Positions 37,472 to 46,435 of a stretch of 46,495 bases of DNA are shown here, one piece after another. The notes under the pieces were generated by a model. It made no database searches and was not told the DNA's origin. It saw nothing but the letters and a program-made list of their open reading frames with translations. This DNA is from a virus. Taxonomy: Duplodnaviria; Caudoviricetes. The stretch spans positions 1 through 46,495 of the IMG/VR virus record IMGVR_UViG_3300014656_000043; one strand, given 5' to 3'. Numbering within the stretch: position 1 is the stretch's first letter; each line of letters begins with the position of its first letter. Made by a program: the position numbers and the translations under genes.

Positions 37472-39115
37472 ATGGATTGGAAGATCATATCAGATACAGC
37501 ACCTACTAATTGTTTTACAGGCAAACTATGGATACAGCCTGGCATAACAAATGTTAAACCTACGTCAGCATTTCTAAAAATGGGCAATACTTTTCTACAA
37601 ATTGCCACCACAGATGTAATTCCTTTCACATACAAGCGTATAACTTATCTCATAGACGGTGTTGACAAATCTGATTTGGTTGAAAAAAATTCTTTAACTA
37701 TTGATGACGTGCTAACTTCGGAAGTTGATACCTGTAGTTTTATTTTAAATGATTATGACGGCGATTCCAAACCGCAGATAGGCCAGGAAGTAGTAATATT
37801 TTATAAACAAACAAGCACGTCTAATCCTGAAATACGATTTGCTGGAAAAATATCAGAAGCTCCACAACGTAGATATAGCCTCGGAGTATATGCTTATGAT
37901 GTAGCATGCGTAGACTATACACAGGATTTGCAGAAGAGACAGGTTGTAGAGAATTTTACAAGTGAGTATGCAGGTGATATTATCAAAAGTATTGTAAACG
38001 AGTATGCTCTTGAATTGGGAACATATCATGTGCAAGACGGAATTTTAGTTGACTATATATCGTTTAATTACACATACCCTCTTGAATGTATAATTGAACT
38101 CGCTGAACTAACAGGGTACGATTGGTATGTTGATTATGAGAAAAATATACATTTCTTTGCGAGAACAACAAACGATGCTCCGTATGAGTTAACTGAAACA
38201 GCAGATGTCGATAATGAAGAGTATAAAGACTTAAATATTTCAGTTGATAAAACACAGCTAAATAACACGCAGATTGTTAGGGGCGGTTATCAATTCTCAT
38301 CAGATTATACTCAAACATGGGTGGTACAAGCGGGCCAAACGGAGCTGCCAATTGCCTATAAACCGTATGTTCCTGATAGTGGAGCTATTGAATTATCCAT
38401 TGATGGCGGCGCTAATATAACTCCTGGAATAGATAATATAGATACTACAGATGATTATGTAGTTAATGTTAGCGAAAAAACTTTAAAAGATCAGAATACC
38501 AACTGGGTAGGCGGTGAAGTGATAACATTGGTTTATAAATATAAGATACCTATATTAGCGAAAGTTAAAGATTCCGCAAGCATAAACTTAATGAAACAAT
38601 ATGAAGGCGGGGACGGAATTTATGAAGGTGAAATAATTGTTGATGATACTATCGAGACAAAAGACGCAGCAAGGCAAAGAGGGCAGTCGGTAATTGATAT
38701 ATACTCAAATCCATTAGTGACAGGCTCGTTTATGACTACTAAATATGGTTATAGATCAGGGCAGTTATTAACTATAGACATACCATCAAGAGATATTGAC
38801 AGCACGTATTTAATACAAAATGTCACGGCAACATCTATCGGTAACGGCGAATTTGAATATGAGGTAACGTTTGCAACACGATTAAAAGGATTAACAGATT
38901 TTCTCATTTCTTTATACGATAATGGTAAAAAAGTTTTTGAGCGTACAGACGAAGTTTTAGATACTCTTGAAGTTATGGAAGAAGAAGAAATAACGGTTAC
39001 TGATTCTGTGCCTGCGGGTACTACAAAAGATATTGACGCTAATCCGTATGTATGGTCTAACGATGCGGAAACTACAGAACATAGAGGAAGATGGGAACTT
39101 TGTGAGTGGGGTTAA
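37472..39115 (+). CDS. tail tip / hub (Tal-like) protein
   Basis: RFAGKI..CVDYT..LAELTGYDWYVDYEKNIHFF..RSGQLLTI. Confidence 0.75.
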   Translation: MDWKIISDTAPTNCFTGKLWIQPGITNVKPTSAFLKMGNTFLQIATTDVIPFTYKRITYLIDGVDKSDLVEKNSLTIDDVLTSEVDTCSFILNDYDGDSKPQIGQEVVIFYKQTSTSNPEIRFAGKISEAPQRRYSLGVYAYDVACVDYTQDLQKRQVVENFTSEYAGDIIKSIVNEYALELGTYHVQDGILVDYISFNYTYPLECIIELAELTGYDWYVDYEKNIHFFARTTNDAPYELTETADVDNEEYKDLNISVDKTQLNNTQIVRGGYQFSSDYTQTWVVQAGQTELPIAYKPYVPDSGAIELSIDGGANITPGIDNIDTTDDYVVNVSEKTLKDQNTNWVGGEVITLVYKYKIPILAKVKDSASINLMKQYEGGDGIYEGEIIVDDTIETKDAARQRGQSVIDIYSNPLVTGSFMTTKYGYRSGQLLTIDIPSRDIDSTYLIQNVTATSIGNGEFEYEVTFATRLKGLTDFLISLYDNGKKVFERTDEVLDTLEVMEEEEITVTDSVPAGTTKDIDANPYVWSNDAETTEHRGRWELCEWG

Positions 39116-39117
39116 TT

Positions 39118-39600
39118 ATGAAAAAACAAACTAAAAACACGTTGAAAATTACCGGGAAAATCAAAGCTACATTGAGAGACGCAAAAACTGGGAAGATTAA
39201 ACAGATTGTAGAAAATCATAATATCATAGCTACAGTTGGACATACTGCCATTGCAAGACGTTTAATAAATAGCGCAAGTGTGGCTAACGAGGGTATAATA
39301 ACCTACGGCGCTGTTGGTGACGGTACAGATACTCCTGCGATAGGTGATACTGTAATGGAAAACGAGATAGATAGAAATACTATTGCTACAAGCTCGGTTA
39401 CTGGCGCTACTTTAACTATTGAAACATATTTTACTACAAGTGAGGCCATCGGTTCTTTGACTAAATTTGCATTGTTTGGTGAGGATGCAAGCGCCAGTGC
39501 TGATTCAGGGACGTTGTTTCAACACGCAGATTTCAATGCAACTATAGAAAAAACAAGCAATGATACCCTTACAGTGGAAAGTCAGATAAGCATAACATAA
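39118..39600 (+). CDS. tail/baseplate-associated protein
   Basis: HNII..YGAVGDG..FTTSEAIG..EKTSNDTLTV. Confidence 0.7.
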   Translation: MKKQTKNTLKITGKIKATLRDAKTGKIKQIVENHNIIATVGHTAIARRLINSASVANEGIITYGAVGDGTDTPAIGDTVMENEIDRNTIATSSVTGATLTIETYFTTSEAIGSLTKFALFGEDASASADSGTLFQHADFNATIEKTSNDTLTVESQISIT

Positions 39601-39630
39601 CCATAATAACAATATCATAGGAGAATATTT

Positions 39631-39804
39631 ATGGAAGTTAAATTTAGCAGTGAAGCACAGTGGTTAATAAAAAATTTAAAAGAATTCGATATGCAGGATT
39701 GTATTAAATGGTACATAAAAGATCAATTAGTTATAGGTTCTCATGGTATTTTAGAATATATAAAATATAAAGATAAATTAAAGGAGAAAACCAATGGCAG
39801 CTAG
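39631..39804 (+). CDS. small hypothetical protein (57 aa, not in ORF track)
   Basis: GGAG RBS; fills the intergenic gap. Confidence 0.45.
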   Translation: MEVKFSSEAQWLIKNLKEFDMQDCIKWYIKDQLVIGSHGILEYIKYKDKLKEKTNGS

Positions 39805-40837
39805 TTCAGATGTATCTGCGGGAGATGTGATTTTAGCGTCCGCCTATAATTCTTTAAGAGCAGATGTTTTAAATACTTCTACAGGTCATACTCATAATGG
39901 AACAGACGCTAAATCTATTGCTGTAGATGATTCTACGATAGAATTATCTGGCGGCACTTATAATATTAAAGATGATGGCGTTACAGGGGCAAAACTTGCT
40001 CCAGCGGTAGCAGGAGATGGTATTAAACAAGATGGTTCCGGGAATTTAGACGTTGATGTTTCAGATTTTGCAGGTACTGGATTAGAAGATGACGGAAGTG
40101 AAAATATAAGAATTGCAGCAGCAGCGGCTGGTGATGGGTTACAGGGCGGGGCTGGTTCAGCACTAGCTGTTGATGTTTCAGATTTTGCTGGTACAGGTCT
40201 CGAAGATGACGGAAGTGAAAATATAAGAATTGCAGCAGCAGCAGCAGGTAATGGTTTGGCTGGCGGGGCTGGTTCAGCTTTATCAGTCAATGTTGATGAT
40301 TCTACAATTGAAATAAATTCCGATATATTACGCATAAAAGATGGTGGAGTTGGTGCAAATAAGCTTGGGACTGGTGCGACATTTAATAGTGCTGTTACAA
40401 GATATTGGAGTGTAAACGGAGCTGAAGCTATAGTATCCGTTGGAGCTAGAGGGTTGGCTTATGGTAGTTTCCATAGTAGTAGCAATACAGACCAAGTTCA
40501 AGGAGTTATTCCTGTTCATTTGCCACATGGCGCTGTTGTAACATCTTTCAAAGTATACTGGTATAGAAGCGATGCTGCAGCTAGTGGGGAAGCTTTTCTT
40601 ACATATCTTGTACATGGTGAAAATACAACCTATCTTTTTCCACCTATGGCGACTGCTAATTCAGATGCTTCTAGCGGTGATCATTCAGTTGAAGACACGT
40701 CAATAGTAAGTGCTACAATAGATAATGATAGCAATGTATATTTTATATTTGTGACGTGTGATCCTAATGATAACGCCACTGAGGTACAATTTACATCAGC
40801 TAAAATAACTTATACAATAACAGCCCCATTACCTTAA
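39794..40837 (+). CDS. tail fibre-like protein with repeats
   Basis: GHTHNG, VDDSTIE x2, VDVSDFAGTGLEDDGSENIRIAAAAAG x2. Confidence 0.7.
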   Translation: MAASSDVSAGDVILASAYNSLRADVLNTSTGHTHNGTDAKSIAVDDSTIELSGGTYNIKDDGVTGAKLAPAVAGDGIKQDGSGNLDVDVSDFAGTGLEDDGSENIRIAAAAAGDGLQGGAGSALAVDVSDFAGTGLEDDGSENIRIAAAAAGNGLAGGAGSALSVNVDDSTIEINSDILRIKDGGVGANKLGTGATFNSAVTRYWSVNGAEAIVSVGARGLAYGSFHSSSNTDQVQGVIPVHLPHGAVVTSFKVYWYRSDAAASGEAFLTYLVHGENTTYLFPPMATANSDASSGDHSVEDTSIVSATIDNDSNVYFIFVTCDPNDNATEVQFTSAKITYTITAPLP

Positions 40838-40847
40838 AGGAGAATTT

Positions 40848-42056
40848 ATGAAAAGAATGTTTTTAGTTTTAGGATTTATATTTGTTACGTCTATAGGCTC
40901 TGCTGCGCTGTTAAACTCTAATACTTATTATTATTATTTACAACATGACAAGGTAGTCAAGAGTACAAGCTCTGCAAGTGAGCCAATAAACACATACTGG
41001 TACAGGGGAGATTTTAAAGTTGTCAATGATACGTTTACGGTAAATATTGATGACATAACTCCGTATATTATAATGTATTCTACTGGCACGCTCTGGGCAA
41101 AAAGAATAGAGACATCTGATTTTATTACTGTTAGCTCGCAAACGGCGTTTACAAGAATTACTTTGAGCCAGGATTTAATTGTAGGGACTATACTGGCGGT
41201 AGACACTGATACATTATACGTTGATCCTACAAATGATAGAGTAGGAATAGGATTAACAAACCCTTCGTATTTATTAGATGCACAGAATACAGCGGCAGCA
41301 AAAGATTGCCATTTTAATTTAACAACCTACGCAGACAGTGCTAATAGAATATCAAGGCTAAATTTAAACAAATCTGATACAGATACACCTGGAACATTGG
41401 CGCAAACAGATAATGGAGACTATCTTGGTATCATATCGTTTCAAGGTGTAGATAGTAGTTCTAATATAGATGTAGGAGTAACTATCACAGCAAGGCAGGA
41501 TGGCGCAGCAGGTGCAAAAATACCTACTAATTTAATACTTGAAACCTATTCAGATACAACTCTAAACTCAAACCAGTTAGTTTTACATAATGATGGCAAC
41601 GTAGGAATAAATGATATTACACCCACTTATTTATTAGACGTAAACGGAACAGGCAGATTTACAGGTTTATTGACTGCTGATACAAGTGTGTATATTACAT
41701 TAAATTGCTCCGCTTTAACATTTACAGATAGAACACCTTATCCAAAAAATACGCAGGAAGCTTATGATTCAGTATTATCAATGTCAAGAAAAAATGAAGG
41801 CAAGGTCGACCATGAGCATATGAATGAATTTATAAAAGTAGAAAATGAAATTAATTATTATACCGTTGAGGTAGGAACTAATACCTATATGAACATTAAG
41901 GAAAACGAGCTGCCAAATTATGATATATTCAAAAGCACGGTTACGTTATCAAAAACAGAGATAGAATATGGCCGCAATTTAAGCGCCTCGGTATCAGCTT
42001 TAAATGAGGTAATAAAAGATTTAATAAAAAGAATAGAAATGTTAGAGGGTAAATAA
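40848..42056 (+). CDS. tail fibre/spike-like protein with signal peptide and C-terminal chaperone-like coiled coil
   Basis: RVGIG/NVGIN..LDVNG repeats; C-terminal IKDLIKRIEMLE. Confidence 0.65.
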   Translation: MKRMFLVLGFIFVTSIGSAALLNSNTYYYYLQHDKVVKSTSSASEPINTYWYRGDFKVVNDTFTVNIDDITPYIIMYSTGTLWAKRIETSDFITVSSQTAFTRITLSQDLIVGTILAVDTDTLYVDPTNDRVGIGLTNPSYLLDAQNTAAAKDCHFNLTTYADSANRISRLNLNKSDTDTPGTLAQTDNGDYLGIISFQGVDSSSNIDVGVTITARQDGAAGAKIPTNLILETYSDTTLNSNQLVLHNDGNVGINDITPTYLLDVNGTGRFTGLLTADTSVYITLNCSALTFTDRTPYPKNTQEAYDSVLSMSRKNEGKVDHEHMNEFIKVENEINYYTVEVGTNTYMNIKENELPNYDIFKSTVTLSKTEIEYGRNLSASVSALNEVIKDLIKRIEMLEGK

Positions 42057-42400
42057 TGTCAGATCAAAAAATAATTAATCCTGATTATGTGCAAAAAGAT
42101 CAATATAATTCTGATATAGATAATATCAAACAGATGTTTATTGACACTAAAGAAGATATTAAAGAGATCAAAGATATGATAAAACAGGATAGGATAGAAC
42201 GTAGAGAAAATGAAAATAAATTATTTGATGAGCAAAAAAAACAAAGCGAAGTATTGGCGGAGAACAATACGAAAACAAATAATGTAGAAAACGGATTGTT
42301 TGAACATAAAAATAATCATTGGAAGTCATCTACTGCGATAATATCTATTGTCGCGGTTATAGTAATGATAGGTGGAATAGCTTTAACATTTTTTAAATAA
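42056..42400 (+). CDS. coiled-coil protein with C-terminal TM (holin-like or lysis accessory)
   Basis: DIKEIK coiled coil; IISIVAVIVMIGGIALTFF. Confidence 0.55.
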   Translation: MSDQKIINPDYVQKDQYNSDIDNIKQMFIDTKEDIKEIKDMIKQDRIERRENENKLFDEQKKQSEVLAENNTKTNNVENGLFEHKNNHWKSSTAIISIVAVIVMIGGIALTFFK

Positions 42401-42413
42401 ATAGGAGGTCGTT

Positions 42414-43001
42414 ATGAAAAAGTTAGTATTAGTATTATGTTTCATGTTGTTTACAACGTTTTGCGGTGCAACAAATTTGTTTGTTGATGAATTAATGGGA
42501 TCATCTAAAACAGATGATTCGGTTGATTTTCTAGCTGGAGTAGGTATTGATTTTTTAAAGACAAGATTGTATGCGGCGCAAGAGCAGGAGCAATCTGGCA
42601 GTTTCTCTTTGTATCACATTAAAACACAGTTGACAAATTTTTTTGAGTATGAAGATTTTTTTGCTGAATCAGAAAACCAGCATACACAATCAGCGAAAGT
42701 ATTCTTAAATTATATTACAAAGAATCCGTTTGTTTATTACAGGTATGGGTTCACATACGCGGGCGATCATTACGACGATTTTGAATTAATAGGATATGCG
42801 AAGGCGTCATTTTTTAATCAATCAATCGAGTTTGAATCTGATTTGAATAATCAGTATAGAACGATACTCAATATAGAGTTTGATGTAATTAAGACAGGCC
42901 GGTATGACATAAAACCTATACTTGAATTGAAGTCAACACAGGATTCCATTTGGTTTACACAAAAATTAAGATTTTCAATGAATCTTGGAGAAAATGAATA
43001 A
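42414..43001 (+). CDS. secreted beta-rich protein, possible outer-membrane beta-barrel
   Basis: signal peptide; alternating hydrophobic/aromatic strands. Confidence 0.5.
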   Translation: MKKLVLVLCFMLFTTFCGATNLFVDELMGSSKTDDSVDFLAGVGIDFLKTRLYAAQEQEQSGSFSLYHIKTQLTNFFEYEDFFAESENQHTQSAKVFLNYITKNPFVYYRYGFTYAGDHYDDFELIGYAKASFFNQSIEFESDLNNQYRTILNIEFDVIKTGRYDIKPILELKSTQDSIWFTQKLRFSMNLGENE

Positions 43002-43585
43002 TGTTTGCCAAAAACGATATTTATAGTTGGATATTATTAATACTTTTGTTTTTAATTATATCCTGCCATTTTATAGGTTGCGGCAGTTCAGGTAAGAAGA
43101 TCAGGTTATTAAATTTCCAGGCAGCCGAAGAAATGAAGCTTGCTGATAAAGTAACCGGCATAGAGAAAATGAATAACAAGGTTGCGGAGCTTGAAAATAG
43201 CGTAATGAAAATAGTAACACAAATGGAAGCTAACCTACAGGCAATAGCAGGAGTAAATAATAAAATAAATAAAACACAGCAGTCCGCTGGCCGTGATGTT
43301 ACGCAAACAACAAATGAATCAAGCTTAATGAAATATATTATAGGTTCTATTATAGGTGTTATTATGTTTGGGTTATGGATAATATATTCGTTAATTAAAA
43401 CGGTGCTAGAAAATAGGGGGTTAAAAAAATCAGTTAAAGAAAAAGAAATCGAAGCGGACGAATTCAAAAAAGCATTGGCTTTAAATACTCCTCAAGAGCA
43501 TAGTGATATATTTGAAGAGTTAGTAAATAAAATAGAAAATAAGAAGAGGTGCACCGACAATGGATATTATAAAAAAACTAAATGA
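43001..43585 (+). CDS. lipoprotein with a second TM segment (spanin-like)
   Basis: lipobox-like FIGC-GSSG, coiled coil, TM YIIGSIIGVIMFGLWIIYSLI. Confidence 0.55.
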   Translation: MFAKNDIYSWILLILLFLIISCHFIGCGSSGKKIRLLNFQAAEEMKLADKVTGIEKMNNKVAELENSVMKIVTQMEANLQAIAGVNNKINKTQQSAGRDVTQTTNESSLMKYIIGSIIGVIMFGLWIIYSLIKTVLENRGLKKSVKEKEIEADEFKKALALNTPQEHSDIFEELVNKIENKKRCTDNGYYKKTK

Positions 43586-44159
43586 ATCAAAAACAATATA
43601 TGATGTGCCAATGGATAATATCCCTATTCGTGGTTTTTGTTTAGGAATTACATCAGGGAATGCGATGATTAGTAAAATTATCAAATATTATTCAAGTAAA
43701 TTTGAGAAAATACAAAAAGAATTTCTTGCATCACACGCTTTTGTCATGTTCGATAGAACAGTTTTTGAATCAACAATGTTCGGGAATCAAGAAAGACATA
43801 TTTCTAAATACATAAAGAATGGCCATGAATTTTGGTTGTTTCATCCTTTAGATGTTCTCGAAAAAGATTACGATAAAGCATTGTCTTATGCGCAAGGGGC
43901 ATTAGGTAGAATGTATGATTATCCTGGATTTCTAAGATTCTTTTTCAAGTTTATGCCTCAACTTAAATATGCTGATTTTTGTAGTGAGTTCGCAAGTAAC
44001 GTGATCGAATACTTGAAAGTGCCATTTATAAAATTGGAGGCCGAAGATATAAGTCCTGCAAGAATGTTAAGATATTGCATATTAAACGATAATCAATGGC
44101 AGATGATTGCGCATTATAAAAACGGAAAGTTAATCAATGACCAGGATTCCGTTAATTAA
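43560..44159 (+). CDS. permuted papain-like amidase (YiiX/YebB-like)
   Basis: SHA His motif, GRMYDY, FCSEF Cys, ISP. Confidence 0.75.
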   Translation: MDIIKKLNESKTIYDVPMDNIPIRGFCLGITSGNAMISKIIKYYSSKFEKIQKEFLASHAFVMFDRTVFESTMFGNQERHISKYIKNGHEFWLFHPLDVLEKDYDKALSYAQGALGRMYDYPGFLRFFFKFMPQLKYADFCSEFASNVIEYLKVPFIKLEAEDISPARMLRYCILNDNQWQMIAHYKNGKLINDQDSVN

Positions 44160-44182
44160 AAAAGGAAACAGGGAGTTAATGA

Positions 44183-44677
44183 ATGGATAATATATTTGAC
44201 ATCATAAAAAACTATAAAGGCAACATGACCTGGCGATATATTATCATTCATCATTCGCTAACCAGGGACAGGCAGGTCGTTGATTTTGAAGCGATCCGCC
44301 GCTGGCATAAGGGAGAGATTCCCGGTAGTCCGTACAAATTCGAAGACATAGGATATAATGCAGTTATTGAGAATGTCAAAGGGGTTTTAACGATATATAA
44401 TGGACGCAGCCTTGATATTAAAGGAGCGCATACGCGAGGCAGAAACCACGATGCGATCGGGATATGCCTTGTTGGAAATTATGACATAATAGAGCCTACG
44501 CACGATCAATACTTCATTTTATCATCACTTTGCAGGTATTATAAGGATAAATTCGACATTCCAACTCGCAACATTCTGGGGCATAGGAGCTTTTCTTCTA
44601 AGTCCTGCCCAGGAGAGCTTTTTAACATTGTCCGTCTAAGGAACTACATCAAAGGTGACACCAAAAAATATTTTTAA
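44183..44677 (+). CDS. N-acetylmuramoyl-L-alanine amidase (endolysin, Amidase_2)
   Basis: IIIHHS, DIGYN, GAH, IGICLVGN, GHR..KSCPG. Confidence 0.9.
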   Translation: MDNIFDIIKNYKGNMTWRYIIIHHSLTRDRQVVDFEAIRRWHKGEIPGSPYKFEDIGYNAVIENVKGVLTIYNGRSLDIKGAHTRGRNHDAIGICLVGNYDIIEPTHDQYFILSSLCRYYKDKFDIPTRNILGHRSFSSKSCPGELFNIVRLRNYIKGDTKKYF

Positions 44678-44683
44678 AAACCC

Positions 44684-44712
44684 TTGACAAAACTGTAATT
44701 TTCTGTTATACT
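44684..44712 (+). promoter_or_regulatory. strong early sigma70-type promoter
   Basis: TTGACA-17 nt-TATACT with TGn. Confidence 0.8.
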
Positions 44713-44740
44713 TATATTAGAAAGAAAGTTAATCGTTCCT

Positions 44741-44850
44741 TGATTCTGGCAAGTGAATTAAAAATAGGAGGCTGATTCTGGCAGGCTCTTTTTAGGTTTA
44801 TAAGCCGCTGGAGTTAGTGACCAGAACACTAATGAAGGCGGCTACTTTTA
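44741..44850 (+). promoter_or_regulatory. structured early leader: two TGATTCTGGCA boxes and a hairpin whose loop is complementary to them
   Basis: boxes at 44741 and 44773; AGCCGC/GCGGCT and TTAGTG/CACTAA stems; loop ACCAGAA. Confidence 0.55.
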
Positions 44851-44871
44851 TTTAAGGAAGGAGACAATAAA

Positions 44872-45165
44872 ATGAAATATCCAGTATATTGCGCATGGTG
44901 CGGAAAACAGACAGGGGAATCGGGAACAGAAAATAGTCATTCTATATGTTCAGTGTGTTCCAGCCCAGCAGGAATGGCTATAGCAATGGCTAAAAAGTAC
45001 TTAAAACAAATAAATATAATCAAAAAACAGATAGTAGATAATGAAGATAACACCAAGAATGAATATTTGTTTTACGAATTAGGCAAACTTGAACAAAAAA
45101 TGATAAGTGAATTTGAAAAACATTGTAATGCATTGAAAAATGAATGGAAAAAAAGGGAGATTTAA
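44872..45165 (+). CDS. hypothetical protein with N-terminal CAWC..SHSIC..C zinc finger
   Basis: GGAG RBS. Confidence 0.65.
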   Translation: MKYPVYCAWCGKQTGESGTENSHSICSVCSSPAGMAIAMAKKYLKQINIIKKQIVDNEDNTKNEYLFYELGKLEQKMISEFEKHCNALKNEWKKREI

Positions 45166-45166
45166 A

Positions 45167-45367
45167 ATGAAAACTGAAATATTAGAAAAATTTATTGATA
45201 ATGATGGCTATGAAAAAAGCATTGAGCAATATATCCCTGATGGGGCATCCAGTATAATAATATCAATACGAGATGTATTCACAGGATTAGTAGATTGTGC
45301 CTCTATCTGCAAAACTCAAAATGAAGCAAATATATATATTAGAGAGCGGATAAAAGCGTATAAATAA
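45167..45367 (+). CDS. hypothetical protein
   Basis: GGAG RBS. Confidence 0.5.
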   Translation: MKTEILEKFIDNDGYEKSIEQYIPDGASSIIISIRDVFTGLVDCASICKTQNEANIYIRERIKAYK

Positions 45368-45431
45368 AAAAATAATAGCCTACAAGGCAAGCTGAAAACT
45401 ACAGAAATAAACACAAAGGAGAGTAAAAAAA

Positions 45432-45851
45432 ATGAAAGTTAAAATACCAAGCAAAATGGAATCAGTAACAAACCCTGAAAATGTTAGTAAAATATTCAAT
45501 ACTATTCTGAATACTGAATCAGAGCTTGACAAAACAAAAGAGCATTTTTGGGTTATTGGTTTAAACACTGCAAATAAAATAAAAATCATAGAACTACTCG
45601 GAATAGGAACATCTAATAGATGTACAATATATCCTAAAGAAGTATTTAGAACACTATTGCATTATTCTTGCGACAATTTCATAATTGCACATAATCATCC
45701 GTCCGAAACATTAAAGCCTAGCCAAGATGATATAAAAATATGTAACCATTTAAAAGAGGGAGGAAGCTATATGGATTTTAACTTGCTAGACAGCATTATT
45801 ATATGTAATGATAATAAGTATTTTTCATTTAGAGAAAATAACATGATATAA
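45432..45851 (+). CDS. radC: RadC-like JAB domain protein
   Basis: KEHFWVIGLNTAN..YPKEVF..AHNHPS..PSQDD..LLDSII. Confidence 0.85.
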   Translation: MKVKIPSKMESVTNPENVSKIFNTILNTESELDKTKEHFWVIGLNTANKIKIIELLGIGTSNRCTIYPKEVFRTLLHYSCDNFIIAHNHPSETLKPSQDDIKICNHLKEGGSYMDFNLLDSIIICNDNKYFSFRENNMI

Positions 45852-46089
45852 AACACAAAAACAAAAAGGAGAGTAAAAAAAATGAATTACAAAAAGTGTA
45901 AAATAAAAATTAATATCGGAGGGGGCGAAATAAAAAATGTTAGTGTATGGTTAAAAAAAATAGATAGTTTGTCTTATCGCTTTTATGATTTTGGGAACTA
46001 TAACGGTATATGCAGCTCTGATTTACTATTAAAAAATAAGATATTTTGTTTCGGAGATTAAAAATAAAATAAAAGAGGGGGGCGTAATT

Positions 46090-46329
46090 ATGTTTAAAGA
46101 AAAATTAGCTGTTAAAGAGTTAAAGAAATACAAAAAGAAATATGGAAAAGTCCCTACCACGCAGGACTGGGCAAACGCTAAAATACGACCAGTGGCTAGC
46201 ACAATAACTATCTTTTATGGATCGTGGTTGAAATTTATAAATCAATGCGGGTATGAGTACAAAAGCCAGCATACTTATACCAGGCCAGCTGAAGCACAAA
46301 AAATATTTGATAAGGGGGTGATTAAATGA
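46090..46329 (+). CDS. homing-endonuclease-associated repeat domain protein
   Basis: YGKVPT..W..P..STI..YGSWLKFINQCG. Confidence 0.6.
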   Translation: MFKEKLAVKELKKYKKKYGKVPTTQDWANAKIRPVASTITIFYGSWLKFINQCGYEYKSQHTYTRPAEAQKIFDKGVIK

Positions 46330-46435
46330 AATGCTCAAACTGCGGCAAGCTGGAAAGTGAGTTAAACAAGTACCAAAATGTATATGGATAGATAAAACTA
46401 AGTTTCCTGGGGATTTACAGTATTTCAATATTTAA
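46326..46435 (+). pseudogene. frameshifted, internally deleted paralog of the 31..565 gene pair
   Basis: MKCSNCGKLE.. joined to KCIWIDK..QY in another frame; exact matches to 29-48 (20 nt) and 509-529 (21 nt). Confidence 0.6.

Noticed and set aside
39794-42056. Diversity-generating retroelement acting on tail fibres
   Set aside because: No reverse transcriptase, and repeat differences are synonymous rather than adenine-specific. The 11810/29419 pair is inverted and only 40 nt.
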